Shown in pieces: positions 20,514 to 32,401 of a stretch of DNA of 64,000 bases. The translations under genes were made by a program, and so were the position numbers. This stretch comes from Paracoccaceae bacterium (GTDB lineage: Bacteria; Pseudomonadota; Alphaproteobacteria; Rhodobacterales; Rhodobacteraceae). The stretch lies in assembly GCA_014323795.1 (NCBI GenBank), contig JACONK010000026.1:4475-68474 (forward strand). The letters run 5' to 3'. Below the pieces are notes generated by a model. The model made no database searches. It was given only the letters and a program-made list of their open reading frames with translations, and was not told where the DNA came from. How positions within the stretch are numbered: the first letter of the stretch is position 1; every line of letters starts with the position of its first letter.

Positions 20514-21335
20514 GTGAGCCTGATGGATATGAAAAAAATTCTGACAGCAGCGGTTGTTGCCTTGGGGCACAGCACACAGGTGGCCTGCGCTGCAGGCGGC
20601 GCGGGGGAGGTAAAGGACGTTGACTTTTCTTTCGACGGGCCACTTGGCACCTATGACCAGATGCAACTCCAGCGCGGCCTGCAGGTCTACACGGAGGTCT
20701 GCTCGGGGTGTCATGGTCTGCGTCAGGTGGCGTTCCGCACCCTGACCGACCTTGGCTATTCCCCTGACCAGGTTAAGACCTACGCGTCCCGGATCGAAAT
20801 CTGGGATCCGGAGCTGCTTGATGGTGAAGGTGACTTTCGCCCGGCTGCTCCGGCAGACCATTTCCCGGCGGTGACCAGTGCTGGCGCACCGGACCTTTCG
20901 ATGATGGCCAAGGCCCGTGCGGGTTTCCACGGGCCCTACGGCCTCGGCCTGAACCAGCTTTGGTATGGCATGGGCGGCCCGGAATATATCGTGGCCCTTC
21001 TCGACGGCTACACTGGTGAGGAGAAAGAAGAAGCCGGGGTTATCCTTTACGAAAACAAGGCTTTCCCGGGTGGCTGGATTTCAATGAGCCCGGTGCTTTA
21101 CGGCGATGATGTGGAGTTCGCCGATGGTCACGCGACGGATGTTTACAACCTGTCCAGGGATGTGGCTGCCTTCCTGATGTGGGCCGCAGAACCGAAGCTG
21201 CCGCAACGCAAGCAGTTTGGACTGGTGGGAGTGGGCATGCTGACGATCCTGTCAATCCTGCTCTATCTGACCAACAAGAAGTTATGGAAGCCGATCAAGT
21301 ATCGCGGTGGCAGGACCGTCAGGCCGGCAGAATAA
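20514..21335 (+). CDS. petC: Cytochrome c1
   Basis: [22 protein letters not shown]-terminal TM anchor; start may be a few codons later. Confidence 0.95.
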   Translation: MSLMDMKKILTAAVVALGHSTQVACAAGGAGEVKDVDFSFDGPLGTYDQMQLQRGLQVYTEVCSGCHGLRQVAFRTLTDLGYSPDQVKTYASRIEIWDPELLDGEGDFRPAAPADHFPAVTSAGAPDLSMMAKARAGFHGPYGLGLNQLWYGMGGPEYIVALLDGYTGEEKEEAGVILYENKAFPGGWISMSPVLYGDDVEFADGHATDVYNLSRDVAAFLMWAAEPKLPQRKQFGLVGVGMLTILSILLYLTNKKLWKPIKYRGGRTVRPAE

Positions 21336-21368
21336 TCTCTCACGTCCATCGGAGTTCAAACCAGTCTC

Positions 21369-22115
21369 ATGGAATGGCGTGACACTGGCATAATTCTGAC
21401 ATCACGACCCCATGGAGAATCCGCAGCGATCCTTGAAGTGCTGACAGAGCGTCACGGTCGCCACCTGGGTGTCGTGCACGGCGGTGCATCGCGTAACAAA
21501 GCCCCGCTTCTGCAACCCGGCAATCAGGTAAATCTTGAATGGCGGGCTCGCCTGGAGGAACACATCGGCAGTTACCGGGTAGAACTGCTGCGCAGCCGCA
21601 TGGCGATCCTTTCAAACAGGCGGGCCTTGGCGGCCATGGGATCAATCACCGCACTCCTGTCCTTTGCATTGCCGGAGCGGATGGAACTGCCGGGGATCTA
21701 CACGCCCACGCTGATGCTCGCGGACCGGCTGCTGTCAGCCGATGACAGCTGGATCAGTGATTATGCGCTGTGGGAGCTGACTGTGCTGGCTGAACTGGGT
21801 TACATGCTTGATCTGACCCAATGCGCCGCCACCGGCACACGGCAAAACCTTGTCTGGGTATCCCCCAGGTCTGGCCGTGCGGTCAGCGCGGAGGCAGGTG
21901 TACCTTACCTGGACAGGCTTCTGCCGCTGCCCGCCTTCCTGTTGTCCGGCGATTCCGCCGGGGCCGCTGACACCTTGGCAGCACTGAAGCTGACCGGATA
22001 TTTTTGGGAAAATCGGCTTGCGCCCGCGCTCGGTGCTCGCCTGCTGCCGGGCGCACGCGCCAGGTTTGTGGCCATGGTGCGAAAACTGCACGGCAGCATG
22101 GATGATGAACTCTGA
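21369..22115 (+). CDS. recO: DNA repair protein RecO
   Basis: MEWRDTGII, HGESAAI, LQPGNQV, CAATG...VSPRSGRAVS. Confidence 0.95.
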   Translation: MEWRDTGIILTSRPHGESAAILEVLTERHGRHLGVVHGGASRNKAPLLQPGNQVNLEWRARLEEHIGSYRVELLRSRMAILSNRRALAAMGSITALLSFALPERMELPGIYTPTLMLADRLLSADDSWISDYALWELTVLAELGYMLDLTQCAATGTRQNLVWVSPRSGRAVSAEAGVPYLDRLLPLPAFLLSGDSAGAADTLAALKLTGYFWENRLAPALGARLLPGARARFVAMVRKLHGSMDDEL

Positions 22116-22636
22116 TATAATACGTATTCTGGCGAAGATCGCAAAGATGGGGCGGAAGCATCGGAGGCACCTCTGACAGGCATGCCCGAAATGCTGCACA
22201 TTGTTGATTCGAACAACGACAGGCTGCCGTCGGAATCTTCAGCGCGGATATTTCAGGCGGGCTTCAACCAGCGATTGAAAAGAAGCGATCTTCCACGGCT
22301 TTAACGGGTTGTTTCCCGGCGGTGATGTCAGGATGTCCCGGAATTCCGCCACAAAGGACATCTGAATTGCGCGGCACACCAAAAGATATTATCCGTGCGC
22401 AACCCCGCGCTGTTCCACGAGGTATTGGATTGCCTTCAGCAGTCTCTGCCGGTTTCCGGTTTCCCGGAATCGGGATGTAAAGTACAGGAAGCAGATGGTG
22501 AAACGGTTCACCTATGGCGCGAAAAACCTGTAAGAACAGTTACTTGAAATCTGATGAGGCACCCCGGGCCGGGGCATGTGCCAATTTTCTGGCCCGAAAT
22601 TGTGAACCCGCCACAACCGCGGCGCAGGGTCAGGGA

Positions 22637-23731
22637 TCAGTCTCCGGTGTGTGCCTCTATCGAAAAACTATCCGGTATCCGCGCTGTTCCTTCCAGGCAA
22701 TTCGCCAGGGTTTCCCCCACCTTGGCTGCCAGACCAAAACCGATCTTAAAGGCACCCAGGGCGACAAAGTGTCGGTCAAGCCCGGGAACAGGCCCCAGCA
22801 TCGGGTTGCGCTTGCGTGGTTTGGGGCGCAAACCGGCCCACCGCTGCAAGACATGCGCCCCGGCAAGTGCCGGCACCTGCCGTTGTGCCCGGGCGATCAA
22901 CGCATCCAGCTGCGCGTCCGTGGCTGTCGGATGGTCAAAAATATCCTCCGACGTGCTGCCCACGGCAACTGTCCCGTCGCTGTGCGGCACGATGTAGAGC
23001 CCGTCCGCATAAATCTGCGCACAGGTACCGAGGTCACATTTCAAAAGTGCGGCTTGCCCCTTCTGGCCCGCTCCCGGCGTACGGGCCGTGTGGGGGGCCA
23101 ACAGATCAAATCCGCCAACCCCGGCGGCCAGGATCACCGCGTCCGCATGCTTGTCGCCACATTCGGTATGTACGCCGCTGTCCGACAGGCCATGCACGGC
23201 CACACCTTCCGTGATGGTTACACCTGTCGCCTGACACGCCGCTGCCAGTGCCCGGGTCGCCTTGGCCGGGTGGATGCGGGCGCTCAGGTTGTCACGGATC
23301 ACACCGCAGGGGGCGCACACCGGGGCGATCCAGTCCGGGGCATCCTCAACTGTCCAGGTTGTGCGGCCCTGCCAAACCTCCTGTGCACACACTGCCCGCG
23401 CCAACGCCAGGGTTCGGGCCTTGTGCGTCAGGATCGGTTGCAGGCGTTCGATCCGGCCATAACCGGTGGGCAGGCCGGACAGGTGTTCCACTTCTTCCCA
23501 AAAGAGGGTGGCGGTTTCGAGTGCCTGAAACTGAAACTGCTTCTTGGCAGTCCATCGGTCCGGTGTATGCGGAGCCATGGCACCTACCACGCCGCCCGAT
23601 GCACCGGCACCGACACGATCTTTTTCCAGCACCGTGACGCGCCAACCGTGCCTGGCGCAGGCGAGTGCGCAGGACAGCCCCCAGACACCGGCACCCGCAA
23701 CGATCAGGGAATTTCCTTTCTTACCCATCAT
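22637..23731 (-). CDS. FAD-dependent oxidoreductase (DAO family; MnmC C-terminal-like)
   Basis: IVAGAGVWG, GASGGVVG, VGSTSE, WAGLRP; divergent from the MnmD-like gene. Confidence 0.8.
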   Translation of the reverse strand: MMGKKGNSLIVAGAGVWGLSCALACARHGWRVTVLEKDRVGAGASGGVVGAMAPHTPDRWTAKKQFQFQALETATLFWEEVEHLSGLPTGYGRIERLQPILTHKARTLALARAVCAQEVWQGRTTWTVEDAPDWIAPVCAPCGVIRDNLSARIHPAKATRALAAACQATGVTITEGVAVHGLSDSGVHTECGDKHADAVILAAGVGGFDLLAPHTARTPGAGQKGQAALLKCDLGTCAQIYADGLYIVPHSDGTVAVGSTSEDIFDHPTATDAQLDALIARAQRQVPALAGAHVLQRWAGLRPKPRKRNPMLGPVPGLDRHFVALGAFKIGFGLAAKVGETLANCLEGTARIPDSFSIEAHTGD

Positions 23732-23753
23732 CGAACCCCTATGCGAACCCGGC

Positions 23754-24431
23754 ATGGATGACCAGTCGCAGACAGACGCCCTTGAATGGCGCAACCGGGA
23801 TGTGCCCGTCTCCCGTCGATTTGACGACCCGTATTTCAGCCTGGAAAACGGCCTGGCAGAAACACGGCATACCTTCCTGGCCGGCAATGACCTGCCGACA
23901 CGTTTTGTGCCGGGATTTCATATCGCGGAACTTGGTTTTGGGTCCGGCCTGAACCTGCTTGCGGCCTGGGCGGAATGGGAGCGTGCGGGCATTCCCGGCC
24001 CGCTACACTATACCGGCTTTGAAGCCTGGCCCATGACGCCCGCGCAGATGGAACGTGCGCTGACCGCCTTTGCGGAACTGGCCCATTGGCGGGAGAGATT
24101 TATTGGCCATTGGGATGCCACAATCCATTCTGTCACAACACCGGTGCTACAGGCCCGCGTGATCATCGGCGACGCCCGGCAAACCCTGCCCGGTTGGGAC
24201 GGCAGGGCCGATGCCTGGTTTCTGGACGGGTTCTCACCAGCCAAAAATCCGGAGATTTGGGAAGAAAGCCTGCTGATGGCCGTGGGCATGCACACCAGGC
24301 CCGGGGGCACCTGTGCCAGCTACACGGCCGCGGGCCAGGTCCGCCGCAGGCTACAGGCTGCGGGTTTCACTGTCACCCGCACCGCCGGCTTCGGGCGCAA
24401 GCGGCACATGACGCGAGGTGTAAGGCCATGA
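23754..24431 (+). CDS. mnmD: tRNA mnm5s2U34 methyltransferase domain (MnmC N-terminal / MnmD)
   Basis: FDDPYFS, ELGFGSGLN, DAWFLDGFSPAKNPEIW, SYTAAG, GFGRKRHM. Confidence 0.88.
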   Translation: MDDQSQTDALEWRNRDVPVSRRFDDPYFSLENGLAETRHTFLAGNDLPTRFVPGFHIAELGFGSGLNLLAAWAEWERAGIPGPLHYTGFEAWPMTPAQMERALTAFAELAHWRERFIGHWDATIHSVTTPVLQARVIIGDARQTLPGWDGRADAWFLDGFSPAKNPEIWEESLLMAVGMHTRPGGTCASYTAAGQVRRRLQAAGFTVTRTAGFGRKRHMTRGVRP

Positions 24432-25303
24432 ACGGCCGCGGTATCGTTGTGATGTGTGGCGCGATGTTCATTTTCGCAGCCCAGGACGGGCTCAGCCGAT
24501 ATCTGGCCGAAGAGTACAACGTTTTCATGGTGGTTATGATTCGATACTGGTTCTTCATGGCCTTTGTGCTTGCCATCAGCCGTTTGCGCCACGGGTCCGT
24601 GGGTGCCGTTGCCCGCACACGCCGGCCGACCTTCCAATTGATGCGCGGCATGCTGCTGGGTGCGGAGATACTGGTGACTGTCGTCAGCTTCACCTTGCTG
24701 GGTCTGGTGGAGGCTCATGCAATCTTTGCCATCTACCCGCTGATCGTGACCGGGCTCAGCGGGCCGGTTCTGGGTGAACGCGTTGGTCGGCGGCGCCGGG
24801 TTGCCGTCGGCGCAGGTGCCATTGGCATGCTGATCATCCTGCAACCGGGCATCGCCGCGTTTTCCCCCTATGCCCTGGTACCGGTTCTGGGGGCATTGCT
24901 ATTTGCGCTCTACAACCTGTCAAACCGCTATGCGACGCGGTTCGATAGCGCGGCCACATCATTTTTCTGGACGGGTCTTGGCGGGTTTGTCCTGATGACA
25001 GCTATCGGGCCGTTCTTTTGGGAACCGATGACCGGTGCCGACTGGGTGGTGATGGCGATTCTCTGCGTGACTGGCGCGACAGGGCACTTTCTGTTGATCA
25101 AGGCCTACGAATTGGCAGAGGCGAGTGCCGTGCAGCCCTTTGCCTATTTTCAGCTGGTTTTCGCTGCCGCTATTGGCGTGACAATATGGGAAGAAGCTTT
25201 GCCCTGGACCACTGTGCTGGGTGCTGCAGTGATCGTTGCGGCAGGAGTATTTACGGCCGTGCGTGAGCGGGCGGTATCAGGAGAATCGGCTTGTGGGGTG
25301 TAA
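24428..25303 (+). CDS. DMT/EamA family transporter
   Basis: About 10 hydrophobic segments, AVQPFAYFQLV; ATGA overlap with mnmD. Confidence 0.88.
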   Translation: MNGRGIVVMCGAMFIFAAQDGLSRYLAEEYNVFMVVMIRYWFFMAFVLAISRLRHGSVGAVARTRRPTFQLMRGMLLGAEILVTVVSFTLLGLVEAHAIFAIYPLIVTGLSGPVLGERVGRRRRVAVGAGAIGMLIILQPGIAAFSPYALVPVLGALLFALYNLSNRYATRFDSAATSFFWTGLGGFVLMTAIGPFFWEPMTGADWVVMAILCVTGATGHFLLIKAYELAEASAVQPFAYFQLVFAAAIGVTIWEEALPWTTVLGAAVIVAAGVFTAVRERAVSGESACGV

Positions 25304-27266
25304 TATCTGAACGCAACCCGTTTACCCCCCTGAGCAGATCCTCAGATATGCGAACCGGTTCTGCCGCCCCGGTCAGGCGCATACGATAAACATGCAGGCT
25401 CTCCATCACCCGCATAACGTAGTTGCGGGTTTCGCGGAAAGGAATGTGTTCAATCCAGTGGATCCGGTCCACGCGGCTGTCACGCGGGTCACCGAAGCGT
25501 TCTATCCACTGCTCTGCCCTATGCGGTCCCGCGTTGTAGGCGGCGAAAGCGAGGATGTAGGAGCCTTCATAAAGATCCAGAAGCCCGCCCAGATAGGCAG
25601 TGCCGAGATTTGCATTGTAGTGCCAGTCGGTTGTCAGGCGATTCCTAGAGTAATCCATGCCGATCTTACCTGCAACCTCGCGGGCGGTGGCAGGCATGAC
25701 CTGCATCAGGCCGCGGGCACCTGCGGGGCTGACAGCTTCCGGGTTAAACTCGCTTTCGCGCCGGGCGATGGCTAGGGCGACCTCCGGGGCCACGTCGGAA
25801 GAAAAATCTGCAAGTTCGGTCACAGGAAAATAACTGCGCGGGATCACAATGCCCCGCCTGGCTGCATCTTTCGCCACGCCGAGTGCCACGTAAGGCCTGC
25901 CGAGGTCCAGTGCCAGGTCGGCCAGCTGCGCGGCCTCGGTCGCGGTCATCGTCTCTGCAATATGCGAAAAGAACCAGCGCATCATGCCAGGTTCTTCCGC
26001 GAAGTGAAAGAGCATCGCGGCGCGCACCACGTCGCGGTTGAGAAATTCTGTTTCGCGCCATGATGGCACATCTGATTTACCGATCAGACCCAGGTCGCCG
26101 GCGATACCCAGGCGTTCTGCCGACAGTTGGCCGTAAAAGCTCGTCTGATGCTTTGCGCCAGCGTTGAACGCATCTGCGGCCGCATGAAAATCCTTTCGCA
26201 TCTCTTCGGCCCGGCCAACCCAATACCCGGCCCGGCCGAGACTGATCGGAGTCTTCACGGCGGCCTGATAGTTTTTGAAATGAACCAGTGCCTGTTCCGG
26301 GGCATCCAGGCTTGTCAGCGCGACATAACCCGATATCCATTCGAGGTCAGCATAATGTGCGCCCGCCGACAGCCCGTGCCGGGACGCGAGCCAATAGGCC
26401 AAAACTTCTTCATCGGCACGCATGGCGCGGCGGGCAAAAATGCGGCGCCAGTCGGCCCATTTCCCGGGCATACCGAGTTTTGCGATGTCGGCGGATTGTT
26501 TGACGAGTAGTTTTTGCGCGTCATCCCACCGGTTTTTCTTCACCCGCCACCGGAACCGATCAAAGGCCAAACCCGGGTCGTCACGCAGAGCGTCAGGCAC
26601 AGCCTTAATCAGAGTATCCACATCTGCGGCGGCGCGCTGCAGCGCGATACGGGCTTTTGCCAGTTTCTGTCGGGCGGGTGGGACGCGCGACAAGTGCCGT
26701 TCCGCTGCTTTCGTATAGTCATTCCATAAAAGAAATTCGAGCCGCTTGAGGTGGTGCTGCTCCAGTGTACCGCGGTATTTGTCGAGCAGTTTTTCTTCTT
26801 CAAACCGGGTCAGGGCCAAGCTGGTCCAGGCGCGCTGCACCTCTGACCTGGCTTCTGACGTGCGGCCCTGTTCTGCGTAAGCCTCTGCCAGACGCAGGCT
26901 GCCGACGCCGGTTTGCGGCAGTTGGTCGGCAAAATAGGCGCGTACCGTGGCCGGGTCATATCCTGCCGGGATTACGGCTTCCCCGCGTTGGCGCAGGCGT
27001 TTCAGACCCGGCCAGTCGCCATGGTTTTCCAGGAACGCCAGATATTCCTCCCAGCCGCCTTCGCCACGGCGCAGTCGATGCCAGGTTATCAGAACTCTGC
27101 CTAACCCATCTTTCATCTCTGAGGCATAGTGATCGGCTGTGTTCCAGTCGCCCGCCGCAGCCGCGGACCAGGCGATAGCCAGAAAGTTGCCGTCCGCCTC
27201 TGACTGTTCAGCCAGGGCCGGGGTGCACAGAAACAGCAGAACTGCCCATATATTGAATCGCCGCAT
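25251..27266 (-). CDS. slt: Soluble lytic murein transglycosylase
   Basis: Signal peptide; [30 protein letters not shown]. Confidence 0.9.
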   Translation of the reverse strand: MRRFNIWAVLLFLCTPALAEQSEADGNFLAIAWSAAAAGDWNTADHYASEMKDGLGRVLITWHRLRRGEGGWEEYLAFLENHGDWPGLKRLRQRGEAVIPAGYDPATVRAYFADQLPQTGVGSLRLAEAYAEQGRTSEARSEVQRAWTSLALTRFEEEKLLDKYRGTLEQHHLKRLEFLLWNDYTKAAERHLSRVPPARQKLAKARIALQRAAADVDTLIKAVPDALRDDPGLAFDRFRWRVKKNRWDDAQKLLVKQSADIAKLGMPGKWADWRRIFARRAMRADEEVLAYWLASRHGLSAGAHYADLEWISGYVALTSLDAPEQALVHFKNYQAAVKTPISLGRAGYWVGRAEEMRKDFHAAADAFNAGAKHQTSFYGQLSAERLGIAGDLGLIGKSDVPSWRETEFLNRDVVRAAMLFHFAEEPGMMRWFFSHIAETMTATEAAQLADLALDLGRPYVALGVAKDAARRGIVIPRSYFPVTELADFSSDVAPEVALAIARRESEFNPEAVSPAGARGLMQVMPATAREVAGKIGMDYSRNRLTTDWHYNANLGTAYLGGLLDLYEGSYILAFAAYNAGPHRAEQWIERFGDPRDSRVDRIHWIEHIPFRETRNYVMRVMESLHVYRMRLTGAAEPVRISEDLLRGVNGLRSDITPHKPILLIPPAHARP

Positions 27267-27404
27267 GGAATTCTCCGGATTTTTCGGATCACGTCCGTGA
27301 CGTGGGGCATAAAGCGCATCTTTTCAATTCAAAGATGCGGCACTACAACCCACCCACCCGGGGTTTCCGGGCCGAGTCAGCCAGCCCCCAAAAGGATGAG
27401 CCCC

Positions 27405-28277
27405 ATGTTCAAAGGTTCCTATGTCGCACTGATCACCCCGTTCCGGAACGGCAAGGTGGATGACATGGCACTGAAGGGCCTCGTCGACTGGCAGATTGAT
27501 GAGGGTAGTCACGGTTTGGTGCCGGTTGGGACAACGGGCGAAAGCCCGACGTTGACTCATGATGAGCATGAGCAGGTAATCCGCACTGTGGTTGAAGCCG
27601 CCGCCGGCCGTGTGCCTGTGATTGCGGGTGCGGGTTCCAACAACACGGATGAAGCACTGCGGTTCACCCGGTTCGCCAGGGACGTGGGTGCGGACGGTGC
27701 ACTTGTGGTCACTCCTTATTACAACAAGCCGACCCGACGCGGGCTGATTGCGCACTATGAGGCACTGAATGAAGTCGGTGTGCCGATCATCATCTATAAT
27801 ATCCCGCCGCGCAGCGTGGTCGATATCTTGCCGGAAACCATGGGCCAACTCGCCCGTTTGCCCAACATTGTCGGCGTAAAGGACGCCACAGCGGATATCA
27901 GCCGCGTAAGCTGGCAGCGCATGGCCTGCGGTGAGGCGTTCATCCAACTGTCCGGCGAAGACGCAACGGCCCACGGTTTCAACGCCCAGGGCGGGCAAGG
28001 CTGTATCAGCGTGACGGCCAATGTGGCACCGAACCTTTGCAGCCGTATGCAGCAGGCCTGCCTTGACGGCGACTACGCCACTGCGCTGGATATCCAGGAT
28101 CAGCTGATGCCGCTCCATAAGGCAGTTTTCACAGAACCGGGCCTGTGCGGCGCAAAGTACGGTGTGCATGTTCTCGGCAAATGCTCCGACGAAGTGCGCC
28201 TGCCTCTGGTCACGCTCAGCGATGACACCAAGGCCGAAATGCACACGGCCATGCGGCATGCGGGGTTGATTAGCTAA
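27405..28277 (+). CDS. dapA: 4-hydroxy-tetrahydrodipicolinate synthase
   Basis: [34 protein letters not shown]. Confidence 0.96.
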   Translation: MFKGSYVALITPFRNGKVDDMALKGLVDWQIDEGSHGLVPVGTTGESPTLTHDEHEQVIRTVVEAAAGRVPVIAGAGSNNTDEALRFTRFARDVGADGALVVTPYYNKPTRRGLIAHYEALNEVGVPIIIYNIPPRSVVDILPETMGQLARLPNIVGVKDATADISRVSWQRMACGEAFIQLSGEDATAHGFNAQGGQGCISVTANVAPNLCSRMQQACLDGDYATALDIQDQLMPLHKAVFTEPGLCGAKYGVHVLGKCSDEVRLPLVTLSDDTKAEMHTAMRHAGLIS

Positions 28278-28699
28278 CCAGGGCGATACACGCCCAAACG
28301 CGGTCGCGTATCTGGATTGAAAGGTACCGCAACACTGCCCGCCGTGATGCGGCATGTTTCAGGGGCAGTCCGCTGGCGTTTTGTTGCCGGTCATGCAGAC
28401 ATTACCGGTCGCTATTCGCGTTATATTGTCGCCGACTTCACCACTGCAGCCATTGTTCTGCTCTAGGGGTGGTGGCCTTCGTCCCCACATCGCCCCACGG
28501 GCCACCAATGCGTTTTGCCACAACGGATTTGATCATTTCTTGTCGTTCCGGGAATATGCTGTGCATCCTGGCACCTGTTTTATACAGGCAGCACCCCTTG
28601 TCACCGCGTGACAGCCATGATTATCGGGGCGCGTTTAACCCGCTTGCGAACCGGAACCGGCCAGGCGGCATTACGACCCCTGAATACTTTCGGACCATA

Positions 28700-29179
28700 A
28701 TGATGGCAAAGAAAAAGGCAGATCCGAATAAAAGGCTGATCGCTGAAAATCGCCGCGCACGGTATGATTATGCGGTTGAGGATACGCTTGAGTGCGGGAT
28801 TGTACTGGAAGGATCAGAGGTCAAATCGTTGCGCCAGGGCGGAGCAAACATTGCCGAAAGCTACGCTGGTGTAGAAGCAGGTGAACTGTGGCTGATCAAC
28901 GGGTATATCCCGGCCATCAAACAGGCCCGCACCTTCGGCCATAACGAACGCCGCCCTCGCAAGCTGCTGGTGTCGGGGAGACAACTGAGCAGTTTGTGGA
29001 ACGCCACGCAACGCCAGGGCATGACGATTGTGCCGCTGAAAATATACTTCAACGACCGCGGTATGGCGAAACTGTTGATCGGCACGGCCAGGGGCAAGAA
29101 GAAGGCCGACAAGCGCGAGACCGAGAAAAAGCGCGATTGGCAAAAGCAGAAAGCCCGGTTGATGCGTAATCACGGCTGA
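28700..29179 (+). CDS. smpB: SsrA-binding protein
   Basis: [33 protein letters not shown]. Confidence 0.96.
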   Translation: MMAKKKADPNKRLIAENRRARYDYAVEDTLECGIVLEGSEVKSLRQGGANIAESYAGVEAGELWLINGYIPAIKQARTFGHNERRPRKLLVSGRQLSSLWNATQRQGMTIVPLKIYFNDRGMAKLLIGTARGKKKADKRETEKKRDWQKQKARLMRNHG

Positions 29180-29540
29180 GTTTTCCCCAATCCGGCGGTC
29201 TGAAGTTAAATTTTTTTATCCGGTCTATTCTGCGTCATGCACGGGTGAATGCTTGTCTGGCCAACCTCACTTCCCATACCGGGCTAACGGCAGTGGTGGG
29301 GACTGCTGCTTTAAACAGGGGAGTATCACGGTGCTGATTATCCTGCCACAGTCGCCGGGCGTACCGGGATAACGTTGCTGGCCTTTCGTTGAACAAATCC
29401 GATCAGGGCAGGCACCTCAACGCCAGCCAATTATACAAAATTTCCAGGGGGAATACACACTTCCGGGGGATCCCGCTTGATTATCGGCCAGCGCGGGGGT
29501 AAGCATTCAGCACCACGAACGCAGACACGGGGTCCGCACT

Positions 29541-30398
29541 ATGGCTGAGGTAGACAACGCACCTGTCGTCTCCACGCAGTGGTTGGCAGATCATCTTGAC
29601 GCACCGGATCTCCGGATACTGGATGGCTCCTGGTATCTGCCGGTGATGGAGCGTGACCCGAAGGCGGACTATGAAGCCCGACACATTCCGGGCGCGCGGT
29701 TCTTTGATATAAATGACGTTTCAGACAGCAACTCCAACCTGCCGCATATGGCACCGCCAGTGGAAAAGTTCACGTCGCGTATGCGCGATCTGGGCGTTGG
29801 CGATGGCCACCGGGTGGTGGTCTACGATGGTGCCGGGCTGTTTTCCGCGGCGCGGGTCTGGTGGATTTTCCGGCTGATGGGGCAGCGTGATGTGGCCGTG
29901 CTCGACGGTGGCTTGCCAAAGTGGCTTGCCGAAGGTCACCCGGTTGAAGACATGCCGCCAGTTATTCGGGAACGCCACATGACCGCCCGGCGGGATGCGC
30001 AGCTCATCAGGGACGTGACGCAGGTGGCGGCGGCATCCGGGTTCGGTACAGCGCAAATCGTTGACGCCCGCGGGGCGGAACGGTTTCGCGGCGACGCGCC
30101 GGAATCGCGTCCGGGTCTGCGGGCGGGGCATATCCCGAATGCCCGAAACCTGCCGTTCGCCACGCTCCTGAAGGAAGATCACACGCTGAAATCCGAAAGC
30201 GACCTGCGGGCTGCGTTCGAAGCGGCGGGTGTGGATCTGAACCGGCCGATCATCACATCCTGCGGATCAGGCGTGACGGCCGCGATACTCAGCCTCGCAC
30301 TGGAGCTGGTCGGCCACCGCAACCACGCGCTCTATGACGGGTCGTGGGTTGAATGGGGGGCCTGCGAAGATTTGAAACTGGCCACTGGGCCCGCCTGA
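29541..30398 (+). CDS. sseA: 3-mercaptopyruvate sulfurtransferase
   Basis: Tandem rhodanese; HIPGARFFD, CGSGVTA, YDGSWVEW. Confidence 0.93.
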   Translation: MAEVDNAPVVSTQWLADHLDAPDLRILDGSWYLPVMERDPKADYEARHIPGARFFDINDVSDSNSNLPHMAPPVEKFTSRMRDLGVGDGHRVVVYDGAGLFSAARVWWIFRLMGQRDVAVLDGGLPKWLAEGHPVEDMPPVIRERHMTARRDAQLIRDVTQVAAASGFGTAQIVDARGAERFRGDAPESRPGLRAGHIPNARNLPFATLLKEDHTLKSESDLRAAFEAAGVDLNRPIITSCGSGVTAAILSLALELVGHRNHALYDGSWVEWGACEDLKLATGPA

Positions 30399-30412
30399 GA
30401 AAGGGGAAGACA

Positions 30413-31597
30413 ATGCTGGAAACCATCACTCCGCAACCGCCCGACAAGATCATCCAACTCAGCCAGATGTTCCGTTCGGACCAACGCGAGAACAAGATTG
30501 ACCTGGGCGTTGGGGTTTATAAGGACGTGCAAGGCCACACACCGATCATGCGCGCCGTAAAAGCGGCGGAGCGGCGGTTGTGGGATGAGGAAACGACCAA
30601 GACCTACACGGCGATTGTCGGCGACGGTGGGTTTCACAAGGCGATGGGGAACCTCGTGTTGGGGGACAGCGCGGCTGCTGACAGGCTCAGCTTTGCGCAT
30701 ACCCCCGGCGGTACCGGTGCCGTGCGGCAAATTCTGGAGCTGATAAAGACCGCTGCCCCGGATGCCACCCTGTGGCTGTCGGACCCGACATGGCCCAACC
30801 ACCCGGCCATGGCAAACGCGGTTGGTATACCGGTGAAGACCTATGCCTACTTCAATTCGGAAACCCGGTCCGTGCAGTTTGACAACATGATGGCCGACCT
30901 GCGCATGGCAGAACCGGGCGACGTGGTTCTTCTTCATGGCTGTTGCCACAACCCGACCGGTGCCAACCTGAATAAGGCACAATGGGGCGGGCTCGCAATG
31001 CTGCTGAAAGAACGCAACCTGACGCCATTCGTCGATATTGCTTATCAGGGATTCGGTGACGGCATTGATCAAGATGCCTACGGTGTGCGCCTTTTGGCCG
31101 GCAAACTGCCGGAATTGCTGATCGCGGCAAGCTGTTCCAAGAACTTCGGTATCTACCGTGAACGCTGCGGGCTCGTGATCACTGTCTCCCGCGATGCGGG
31201 GCAGGCCAGGTTAACCCAGGGCATGTTGTCCCGCCTCAACCGTCTTAACTTCTCCTTTCCGCCTGATCACGGTGCGCGGCTGGTGACCATGGTTTTGACA
31301 GACCCGGCACTGTGCGCCGATTGGCAGGCGGAGCTCAAGGGAATCCGTGATGGCATGGCCGGGCTGCGCTGCCTTCTGGCAGATGCCCTGCGGGCAGAAA
31401 CCGGGTCGGACCGCTACGGCTTTGTTGCCGAGCACCGCGGCATGTTTTCCCGCCTTGGCTTGACGCCGGAACAGGTGGTGACACTGCGTGAAGACTACGG
31501 CGTCTACATGATCGGCGACAGCCGGGTGAATATCGCAGGCCTCAGTCCTGAACGCATCAAGGTTCTTGCCAGGGCGATTGTGGCTGTTGGCGGGTGA
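30413..31597 (+). CDS. tyrB: Aromatic amino acid/aspartate aminotransferase
   Basis: DLGVGVYKD, PGGTGA, HGCCHNPTG, DIAYQGFG, SCSKNFGIYRER. Confidence 0.88.
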   Translation: MLETITPQPPDKIIQLSQMFRSDQRENKIDLGVGVYKDVQGHTPIMRAVKAAERRLWDEETTKTYTAIVGDGGFHKAMGNLVLGDSAAADRLSFAHTPGGTGAVRQILELIKTAAPDATLWLSDPTWPNHPAMANAVGIPVKTYAYFNSETRSVQFDNMMADLRMAEPGDVVLLHGCCHNPTGANLNKAQWGGLAMLLKERNLTPFVDIAYQGFGDGIDQDAYGVRLLAGKLPELLIAASCSKNFGIYRERCGLVITVSRDAGQARLTQGMLSRLNRLNFSFPPDHGARLVTMVLTDPALCADWQAELKGIRDGMAGLRCLLADALRAETGSDRYGFVAEHRGMFSRLGLTPEQVVTLREDYGVYMIGDSRVNIAGLSPERIKVLARAIVAVGG

Positions 31598-32372
31598 CCG
31601 TCGGCCCGCGCAGCGGCAATCGTTCCGCTGGGGCATTTGATGTCCGAACGGGCGCAGCCCTGACATACCGCCGGTTTCTTCCGTTCGCCTGCTTTGGGAG
31701 CACCAGACCTGGGGCGCGATCTTGCCCTGTCTGCGGATGTGGCGGCGAAAGGCATGTTTGATTCGGGTGAGCATGTCCCGATGTGCCTGTAGCGGGGTGG
31801 CTTTGCGTATGCCCCGGATCCCGGTTGCAAATTTCGTACGCCTGCAAAAGGATCATATCAGCGGTCTGGTGCACCTTGCCGGATTTAGACGCAACCGGTG
31901 TGGCACTCATAACTATACGTTTGGATTGTCTATCAGATTATTAAGACCTCCCGGTGTGGCGATCTCCGGGTGTCGCACACAGGTTGCCTGTGGCCCACAC
32001 GAGCGTTCGAAGCCGCGCCCGTAACACGACGCAGATGGAATCCCGCCCCTTGGCCCGTCTCACCGCAGCCTGATTGCAAAGCCCGATTGGGTCGTCCTGT
32101 TTGCTCCCTGTGCCGTTGATCCGGAGCATCCAGGCCGAGCCATGCGCTGACCGCTTCCGCGTGTCTGTGCCTTGAGGGCCTGGCGAGGGTTTTTCCGGCC
32201 TTGGGTGTCGGTCCGGTCGGTGGCGGGGATTGGGCCGCCGCAAGAAAGCGGGGCCGTGCAACCGGTGCAGTCCCGGGCACCGGGCGTACATCGGCAGCGG
32301 GGCATTCCGCCTAGGCGGGGTGGTCAGGGAGGGGCATGTGCGGAACCAACTGCCACAACCGCTATCCGGCCC

Positions 32373-32401
32373 TTGACGGGCCCGCGGTGCCCATGTATAT
32401 G
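32373..32401 (+). promoter_or_regulatory. sigma70-like promoter for the rpsM operon
   Basis: TTGACG-17-TATATG. Confidence 0.55.

Noticed and set aside
25251-25303. 53-bp convergent overlap of the DMT transporter and slt as antisense control
   Set aside because: Short tail overlaps are common in GC-rich genomes; nothing else supports regulation.
31690-31800. IS5-like transposase tail (RIKHAFRR...GKIA) on the minus strand
   Set aside because: Only a few residues resemble the motif; no inverted repeats or catalytic motifs.
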